Source: Octopus vulgaris
Lineage: Eukaryota
DNA: 64,000 bases
Direction of reading: 5' to 3'
Assembly: GCA_951406725.2 (NCBI GenBank)
Contig: OX597818.1
Location: 83,452,001 to 83,516,000 of the forward strand
Positions 55,265-64,000 of the stretch are shown piece after piece; positions within the stretch are counted from its first letter, which is position 1; every line of letters starts with the position of its first letter. The notes beneath the pieces are model-generated. The model was not told the origin of the DNA. It did not search any database and was given only the letters and a program-made list of their open reading frames with translations. A program made the translations under genes and the position numbers.

Positions 55265-55360
<96 letters not shown>

Positions 55361-55400
55361 GTGATGGTGATGGTTGTGATGGTGGTGGTGGTGTTACTGC
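54520..55400. repeat. Mosaic GGT/GAT low-complexity region
   Basis: Direct reading; pure (GAT)n at 55269-55360. Confidence 0.9.
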
Positions 55401-55979
55401 TATTAGTAAAAGGAATGGTTGGTTCCGTAAAAAGTAACTATGTACTCGACGCTGTTAATGATGACTATGACGTAGATGGTGATGATGATTTTAGAATTAG
55501 GGGAAAAGACCGTGAGAAAGAGGCAATTTTAAATAAGTTTGAATCTAAATGTCGTATTTCCAGATTCTCAGTTCTCAATAGAAACGAATACAAAGAGAGA
55601 GAGACAAAAAGAGAGGAGATGAGAGAGAGGGAGGGAGAAATAGTCAGAGATGAACAGAAAGACAGAGACTGAGAAAAAGAGAGAGAGAGCCAGAGGCAGA
55701 AAGAGAAAGAGTTCGTGACAGTAGAGTAAAATAGTGAGCAAGTGAAATCGTATCAATACTTATATAAAAATTTTCTCTCTTTTCTATTTATAGAAGTAAG
55801 AATGGTTGTGTGGTAAGAAGTTTGTTTCCCAATCACATAGATTTTGGTTCAGTTCCAATACGCAGTACGACTAGAATTTTGTGAGTGAATTTGGTAAACA
55901 CAAACAAATTGGAGAGCATCACACACATCTATCTATCTAGCTATCTATCTATATATATATTCTTTTTCTTTCTTTTTTT

Positions 55980-56376
55980 CTTTTATTTGTTTCAGTCATT
56001 TGACTGCGGCCATGCTGGAGCACCGACTTTAATGGAGAAAATCGACCCTAAGACATATTTTTTGTAAGCCAAGTACTTATTCTATCGGTCGCTCGTGCCG
56101 AACCGCTAAGTTACGGGGGCGTAAACACACCAGCATCGGTTGTCAAGCGATGTTGGGGGAACAAACACAGACACACAAACATATACATGCAAACATATAT
56201 ATATATATATATATGACGGGCTTCTTTCAGTTTCCGTCTACCAAATCCAGTCACACGGTTTTGGCCGACCCAAAGCTATAGTAGAAGACACTTGCTCAAT
56301 GTGCCACGCAGTGGGACTGAACCCGGAACCATGTGGTTCGTAAGCAAGCTACTTACCACACAGCCACTCCTTCGCC
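55980..56376 (-). mobile_element. SINE family A
   Basis: Near full-length match to 149-547; degraded family A head fragments also at about 55800-55915 (+) and 56440-56530 (-). Confidence 0.9.
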
Positions 56377-57502
56377 TATATATATATGACTTCTTCAGAT
56401 TGTTGTATAAAATCACACATATATGTATGTGTGAGTTTATGTCTATCAAATTCGCTCAATGCGCTAGTCGTCCAAAGTGTCATGTAATGGGACTGAACCC
56501 AATGTGTCTTGGTTGGGAAGCCAGCCTCCCAACGACATTGCGTGGCAACCTATATGTACATATACATAAGTATGCGTTTTTATGCGCACATATATATATG
56601 TATGTACTCTACAAACACACATCTATATTCATGTATTCATATATTGATGTATATTAGTAGGGCTGTTAATAAACCCGCTGATGGGGTTTTTATAATGATA
56701 AATAGAATACTATTGTCAGAGCCTTGGTTTCTACTGTTGACCTCTGTTTGATCATCGAATCTAGATGTCAATATTGATGTTGCTACAGACGGACCATTTA
56801 ATTATATGTTTCTATTTGATTACAATAAAATTGCGCTGATATATAATTATGTCCGACTACAGTATCCTCTGTCCGGCTATGCCCACCTTGTAATATATTT
56901 TATCACGACTACAGCAGTCTCTATCGAGATATGGTTTATAATGAAGTTTAGTGAAAACTTTTCGATGATAACTAGACTTGTATAATACAATAGCCGTATC
57001 TTCTTATTTTTCTTTGGCTTCTTTAAATTTTCTTTTCAAATTTTCAAAGGATAATTTTTAAAAAATATATTCTCGTGTAATTTTGTATGCTGATGTCAAA
57101 AATTGTATTCATTTATTCTACAAACTAGTAACGAGAAAGTTACACTTATTTAAAGTTATGTAAATTAAACCAATCGAAAGCCCCCGTTACCAACGTATAA
57201 GAGGTCGCAACTGCTTTCATGGAAATCAGCAAAGACAAAGGTAAGACAACGAAAATGAAATTTTTACGTGCTCTCTAGACCTGCTAGAAATAGCAGTTAA
57301 ATATTTTTTAATATACACCATAACGTCTAAAATACAACAAGAACACCGCATTATATAACGTAGTTGATTTATCGGAACTTCCTTCACAAATAGAGCGCCA
57401 ATGCATCGTAATGTGTTTCTAAATTCACAGCGATACTAAATATGCTTTATTGTATGTAACCATGAAAACATACTGTTTGTTATTAATAAATACAATATAT
57501 TG

Positions 57503-58113
57503 TTTTCTACTCTAGGCACAAGGCCCGAAATTTTGTGGGAGGAGCCAGTCGATTAGATCGACACTAGTACGCAACTGGTATTTTATTTATCGTCCCCGAA
57601 AGAATAAAGGGCAAAGTCGACATTGGCTGAATTTGAACTCAGAACGTAAAGACAGACGAAATACTGCTAAACATTTCGCCCGGCCTGCTAACGTTCCTTA
57701 TTTGTTTATTGCCCACAAGGGGCTAAACATAGAGGGGACAAACAAGGATAGACAAAGGGATTAACTCGATTACATCGACCCCAGTGCATAACTAGTACTT
57801 AATTTATCGATCCCGAAAGGATAAAAGGTAAAGTCGACCTCGGGGGAATTTGAACTCAGAACGTAACGCCAGACGAAATACCTATTTCTTTACTACCCAC
57901 AAGGGGCTAAACACAGAGACGACAAACAAGGACAGACAAACGGATTAAGTCGATCCTATCGATCCCAGTGCGTAACTGGTACTTATTTACTCGACCCCGG
58001 AATGATGAAAGGCAAAGTCAACCTTGGCGGAATTTGAACTCAGACCATAACGGCAGACGAAATACTGCTAAGCATTTCACCCGGCGTGCTAACGATTCTG
58101 CCAGCTCCCCGAC
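57503..58113 (-). mobile_element. SINE family B trimer with TSD
   Basis: Three core units; TTAATAAATA(C/T)AATATATT at 57483-57501 and 58114-58132. Confidence 0.9.
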
Positions 58114-58589
58114 TTAATAAATATAATATATTCGTGATTCGAGACATCTCATTTTTTTGTGTTTTTTTTTTTACTTTCGAGAAAAGAAAAATGAATGCAA
58201 TTTTTGTCACCAGCATACAAATGCACATAATACTCTATCTTATTGTTTTTTAATAATCGGAGAAATATTGGAAAACATGAAGTAGTTGAAAGAAATTTAG
58301 CCAGATTCCAGTAGCAAATCACTATTCTATGACATCTTAGAGTCTTAGGAAACAACATAGGGGTAGACTTGTTACAGAGAACAGAATTAATCATTTCTTT
58401 TATAAGCACACGACATGAAAGAGTTAATGACAACAATCACGTTGACAACAACAGCCAAATTGATGAGTAAGCATCAGATCTTCCCTGTAGTGAATCTGGT
58501 TGCTAGAAAGAGAAGTAATACCTCCATTAAATAGCACATCTTAATAAGAACATATTGGATTACGCATTTTGAAAATTGCAGTATTTTTT

Positions 58590-58836
58590 ATCTCTTTATC
58601 TTTTATTTGTTTCAGTCATGAGGATGCAGCCATGCTGGAGCTCGGCTTTGAAGAATTTTAGTTGAATGTATCTACTGAGTACTTATTTTTATAAAGCCTG
58701 GTACTGACTTAATCTAAGATACTGCATCACAAACACATCTACACTAGTAGGGGAGAAGAAACACACAAAAAGATATACACATACACACACAACACACAAC
58801 GTCACACACACATATATACACGCACACAGACGCACG

Positions 58837-58873
<37 letters not shown>

Positions 58874-59313
58874 AGGAACAAGGCCTAGTGGTTAAAGCAG
58901 CGGGCTCGCAGTCGAGGGATCGCAGGTTCGAATCTCAGACCGGTGGATGTGTGTGTTTATGAGCGAAACACCTAAGCTCCACGCGGCACCGGCAGAAGCG
59001 AACCTCTGCTGACACTTTCGCCACAACTTTCTCTCGCTCTTTCCTCCAGAATATTGCAGTTACATGCGACGGACCGGCGACCCGTCCAGATGGGGAACCT
59101 GTAAACCAAGGAAACCGGGAAACCGGCCCTTACGAGCCAGGGATGACTCACGCACAATGGATTCCTTTCAGTTTCCGCTCACCAAATCCAATCACCAGAA
59201 ATTGGTCGACTCGAGGCTATAGTGCAAGGCTATTGCCCAAGGTGCCATGCAGTGGAACTGAACCCGCAGCCATTTGGTTGAAAAGCAAACTTCTTACAAC
59301 ACAGTTGCGCCTG
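58590..59313 (-). mobile_element. Degraded SINE family A split by a SINE C insertion
   Basis: Tail at 58590-58870, head at 59150-59313. Confidence 0.75.
58872..59146 (+). mobile_element. SINE family C-like, nested
   Basis: GGAGGAACAAGGCCTAGTGGTTAAAGCAGCGG...GGTTCGAATCTCAGACCGG...GAGCGAAACACCTAAGCTCCACG. Confidence 0.85.
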
Positions 59314-59604
59314 CCTAGGAAAATGATGGTTTTGGCCCGGCTGGAATCAATTGACAGTAGCTTCAGGGGTGCCCCGTATTTGAAACATACCACCGGAAGT
59401 AACAAGTGAAACAACAAAAGAGAACCAACAACAGTAATACAAACAACAATAGCAACAAAATCTCTCAACACCAGCTCAAAGAAAAGAAAAGACGTTCTAA
59501 TTATATTGAACTGGATAGGATAAAGGCTTTACAGTCTAAGCATGGCCGCTCCACCAGTAACACCAGTGACACGATTTCTGTGGTCAGAAAATGTTTCACG
59601 TGCT

Positions 59605-60008
59605 GAAATTCATGGGAGACAGTGCACTACCGCATAGAAGTGTGTATCAGTGGATCAAGAAGTTTAAAAGTGGCCGGATAAACGTGACGCACGGAGCGGA
59701 AGCAAGACGCTCAGCCTCCATTACTGTTCGAGAATATTCAGCAAGTTCTAGAGATGATAACACCGAACCGGTTCATCCTTACCATCTCTCGAATAACTGC
59801 TTTTTGTTTTTGTTTGAGCACATTGGTAGTGGAGCAGCCATGCGTAGACTGTAAAACCAGAAAGAAAAAAATAGCGCGATCAGGCTCAAACTTCCATCAC
59901 GTTGCCAAAATAGTACCAGCTATAAGCACGCATGCGCAGAAGAGAGTGTGACACAAATAAAGATATTTTATGGCGAAAGTGCGGATAACTTTTTATTTCC
60001 TCTCGTAT
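59605..60008 (+). mobile_element. Mariner deletion derivative (HTH remnant and 3' TIR-like end)
   Basis: GDSALPHRSVYQWIKKFKSGR; end AAAGTGCGGATAACTTTTTATTTCCTCTCGTA. Confidence 0.65.
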
Positions 60009-60063
60009 ATATATATCTATGTTTTTTTCTGTGGCCATGTATAAATGTCTCATTTATTTGGCT

Positions 60064-60132
60064 CAGTATGCTTTGCTGATGAAGGAAGAGTTATTAAACT
60101 AATCCAGAAATTGATCAATCCAAAGCCATCTG
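60064..60132 (+). ncRNA. Type I hammerhead ribozyme candidate
   Basis: GCUUUG-CUGAUGA-(imperfect stem II)-GAAA-UUGAUCAA-UC-CAAAGC; 6-bp stem I, palindromic stem III, AUC site ending at 60120. Confidence 0.65.
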
Positions 60133-60559
60133 AATGATTTTGTGAATTTCTGTCAGTCTACTTCCTCGCTTTCCCCATGTTTGTATTATAAAAGTGATGA
60201 TTCAGTTTCGTTCGACGATTTAGCGTCTCTTTTCAGCATATAGGCGTGGTACCCTCTGCGCCCTTAATTATATTATAATTATACCAATATAAATCGCTAT
60301 ACATGGATCTACCTCAATGGATCTCTTTTATATGTTGGCCACTGATAACATTTCTAACGATTTTATCCTTTATTATTATATCTACGTATATATATGTAGA
60401 TATACATGTGTATGTGTATGTGTGTGTGTATGTGTGCGTGTATGTGTGCGTGTGTGTGTAAGTCAAATTTAAAATTAAAAAACAATTAATTTTTTTAAAA
60501 ATTCGGTGTAGAATGGATACATTAAATGCAGTCTCCAAACGTTCTTTTGGGTAAGTCCC

Positions 60560-61960
60560 AAGTATTGTACCTACAGAGCAGAACACAGCCGTATTTACTC
60601 TTAATTGTAATATTGTTCCCGCTACGGCTTCTACTCAGTTCTCTATCAGCTACAGTGTCTTGGTTTCGTTAGCGCTCCTTCTTATGCTTCTATTTCTTTG
60701 TCCTCTATTCACTTGTATCCTATATTTGCGACAGCTCTTTTTTATGTGTTTGTCGAAATCTTTGTATTTTCCATCCCCTCTTCTCCACTCCTTTTTGTAT
60801 TTTTGCTTGGTCCCATACTGCTTTCGCCTTTCAATTTTTATCAATACGGTTCCACGAGTTGTCTATACTCCATCATTTCCTGTGAAATTCCCCATCTTCT
60901 AACAAGTACCTCATCTGCACTCTCCCTCACAGCCCGCATAAACATTATTCACTAGTTTTCAATGCCGTATGCATGTTCCAGTGCCTTGAATCTGCTCTGC
61001 TTACCCTCGCGAATAAAATATCCGCATTCTCTCTACTGCGTACACTCTCACCTTCTGAGCAAGCTAGTCTTTCTTCAGCTTCAAGTGAACTTTTCCTGGT
61101 AGGTGTGAACGTCTTGAGAAATAAGCCAGCTTGTACTTATACAGATGTAGTCAATTACGTTTCTTGTGTTTCACGTTGTGTCCACGTCGTTTTGTGTATG
61201 CGTCTGAAGAAGGTAGTTCCGACGCTAAGTTCATAAGTGTTGCCGGAATTGAGTATTGTTTTCCCATTGTCACTGATTTTATCAACTAAGCGTCAGGGTT
61301 AATGACCGATTCGATTCCCTATCTGTCTGGTTTGAAATCGCCTATGACTGGTTTGATGTCAATGACACTGTGTAGCTGATTGTGAAACGGAACCTTAACA
61401 TCTGTTTCAGCTGTGTTTGTAGTGGCATAAATTTGCACAATGATTATTTTCACAATTCCAATGTAAGCCTGGCTGTGATTATACTGTCTTTTAACTGGCT
61501 TCCATCTATCCAGCACTTGCGACGCCTCCTTACTTAAGATGATACCTATACCATTAATGTGCTGGTCTTCTGTGCCCAGAGTAGATAACATTCATCCAAC
61601 TGCAGTCGAATCGCTCTTCTACAGTCCGCCTCATCTCGCTGGTACCCATCACGTCTAGGGAATAGGCTTTCTTTTCTTTCAGCAACTGGTCCATATGCCC
61701 CACTTGAAATAAGGTACGAATATTCCAAGTGCGTACTTTGATTATATTTTTGTCATTGGAGATCCGACTTATAATGTCTTGAGCTTCCTAGCGGATTTCA
61801 CCCGAATTCGACATACTCTCATCTGTAGATATTCTACCATCCCTCCTCCGGCTTTGTGTATGGCTGTCGTTGCGACTCATTGTTTCAGTAGCAGATATTT
61901 CTTTTACGAGGTGGAGTTGCTAGCCCTACGCTCAAAGCTGAAAAAAGGGAGTCAAGGGAG
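60560..61960 (-). mobile_element. Decayed RTE-clade LINE 5' part (APE endonuclease and linker)
   Basis: HINGIGIILSKEA...WKPV...IIVQIYATTN....K..FHNQL...GDF; downstream KYKDFDKHIKKSCR linker. Confidence 0.8.
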
Positions 61961-62398
61961 CCAATTGCGGTCTATTTGGAGTCGGTCTTTGCGTTCTCCT
62001 AGATGGCCTGATTTCACACAGCTGACAGCAACATCTTCCCTATTTGGCAAGGCTTATTTAACGAGAATCTTTTCCCATTATCACAGTAACATCATATGGC
62101 TTTTGCCTCATTGCTGTCACACAATGGTCCTCTGTACCCTGATGGTGATTGCAGTTGCTGGTCCACCAGTGCTTATTCATCAGAGCTATGTCTACTTATT
62201 TCATAACTGTCCCACATATCTGAGGGACGATCTGGCAAATGTGTCCGTGGCCGGTACCAGTCACTTCTGGTTCATACTCAACCCTGTGGAATTCTCCTAA
62301 TGCCTGTTTTCACCTGCCTATACTCAACGTGCAGATGGATAAAGAACCAACACGGGCACAGGAATATTCATCAATATGAAAAATCAGCCTCATAAATA

Positions 62399-62429
<31 letters not shown>

Positions 62430-62717
62430 AGGAGTATGTATGTACTTTTGTGTTTGTTATGCATGTGTTCAGTTTTTTGTGCATGAGCACGTGTAAGTAT
62501 GATAGAAAAAGTGTGTGTGAGTGTGCATGTGTGTGTGTGATGTGTTCGTGTGTGTGTGTTAGTGGGTGTGTGTGGGTATAATTCTGCGATGTTATTGCAT
62601 ATCTGTGCGCGTGTAATTTATTAGCTGTGTCGAAAATTATAATCATATTCTGCCTTTGGTTTATCTGTTGCAGATTCTAAATCTAATTTATCGACCTCGA
62701 AAGGATGATCGGAATTT

Positions 62718-63217
62718 GTGGGAGATGTGAAAGGCATTGTGTTTATTGACTATTTTCAGAAGGAGTACACCGTCAATGCTGAGTACGATGGCATCTTACT
62801 AAGGCAGTTACGAAATGCTATCAAGGCCAAACGGCCACGAAAACTGTCGATAGTTGCCTTGTTTCAACAGGAAAATGATCCAGCACAAAAGTCTCCGATA
62901 TCAATGGCTGCTGTGTGTGACTGTATCTTTGAACTGGTTGATCGTCCAACTTAATCTCTTGATTTTTCCCCGTCTGACAACCATCTGTTCTGCAACATGA
63001 AAAAACACTTGGATGGGGACCAGTACCACAGTAATGACATCATACCTCCAGTTTATGACTTCTTTTGAGCAACTGAATGCGAGCTTCTCCAATAGGATCC
63101 TTCCACAGCAACATTGATAGAAAAAACAGCAAGGAGAAAAACGTTGAAAAATAAACTGCATCTAGTCATATTTCATGAGAATACCTTGGTCAGCCTATGG
63201 AATTTTCAGCCGCCCCT

Positions 63218-63222
<5 letters not shown>
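62718..63222 (+). mobile_element. Mariner 3' half remnant
   Basis: WEM/GDVKGIVFIDY.QK..TVNAEY...LLRQLRNAIKAKRP, decayed S.D..PSD.HLF, TIR-like end before (TA)n. Confidence 0.85.
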
Positions 63223-63267
<45 letters not shown>

Positions 63268-64000
63268 GTAATAAATTAGTAATAAATTTATCCTCGATAT
63301 GTTCGTTAGAAACTCGTAATAGTTGAGAGCCTCCCGTTAAATCACAATCCACTATCTTGAAATGTTGCATGACTCAACACAGGATGTAGACCTAGATATG
63401 AAATATCTAAAACAGAAGGGATTGCCATAGTTAGAAGTCATTTCATGATATGTATGTATTGATTCAGGTTTGACCTGCGGTTAAACATCAAAAGTAAACA
63501 TTATGGAAAATAAGAAAGACAATAAAGAAGAAACACCATCAATAATGGCAACAATATCAACAAGACTAACAACGATAAAACGCTTCTACGTTAAAACAAG
63601 CAAAAGATACAAAATATTATAAAAGTATATATAAACTATATAAAACAAAAGCGTCTATTGATATCAAAATACAGGAATATATTACCATGAATTGACATTT
63701 CAAATTTGGCACTTCCCGAGTTTAGAGAGAACCTATATCAAAATATATGCATCTACACATAGCCAGACATCCATATATTCGTACGTATATACAAGCACAC
63801 GTGGATACACATGCGTACATATACGTATACACAAATACACGCTCTCTCTTTTTTATACTTTCTCTCTTCCTCTCCCTTACACACATGTATATATATTCAC
63901 ACAGACACACACACATATACATGTATACATTACACACTCTCTCACTCACACATACATGATGCAAGCACTTTCATATACATATGTGTGTGAGTGTATATAT

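Noticed and set aside
57503-58113. Repeat-spacer pattern reminiscent of CRISPR
   Set aside because: Units are about 200-bp SINE cores in eukaryotic DNA; no short regular repeats and no cas genes.

Overview
AT-rich, repeat-saturated eukaryotic DNA. The style of the tRNA-derived SINEs and the very dense (AT)n, (TAA)n and (GATA)n microsatellites suggest an octopus or other cephalopod genome (inference, not verified). I find no intact, recognisable protein-coding gene; nearly all ORF-track entries are translated microsatellites. The window holds four recurring SINE families and decayed DNA transposons: a full-length mariner with TIRs, DD37D/maT-like Tc1-mariner relics, a hAT-bounded segment with a perfect 8-bp TSD, and a Merlin fragment. 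Retroelement relics include RTE-clade LINEs, R4/Dong-like RLE retrotransposon pieces sitting in (TAA)n tracts, and several Penelope-like elements (PLEs). The most interesting signal is a set of minimal hammerhead ribozyme motifs. One, in a PLE tail, carries a compensatory U3-A8 core (44298-44349). Another lies downstream of a tRNA-like Pol III head, giving a SINE-plus-ribozyme architecture (54025-54345). Several fold-back elements, a 118-bp-period duplication with third-codon-position-biased divergence, and three weak candidate minus-strand exons are also reported. Boundaries of decayed repeats were read by eye and are approximate.
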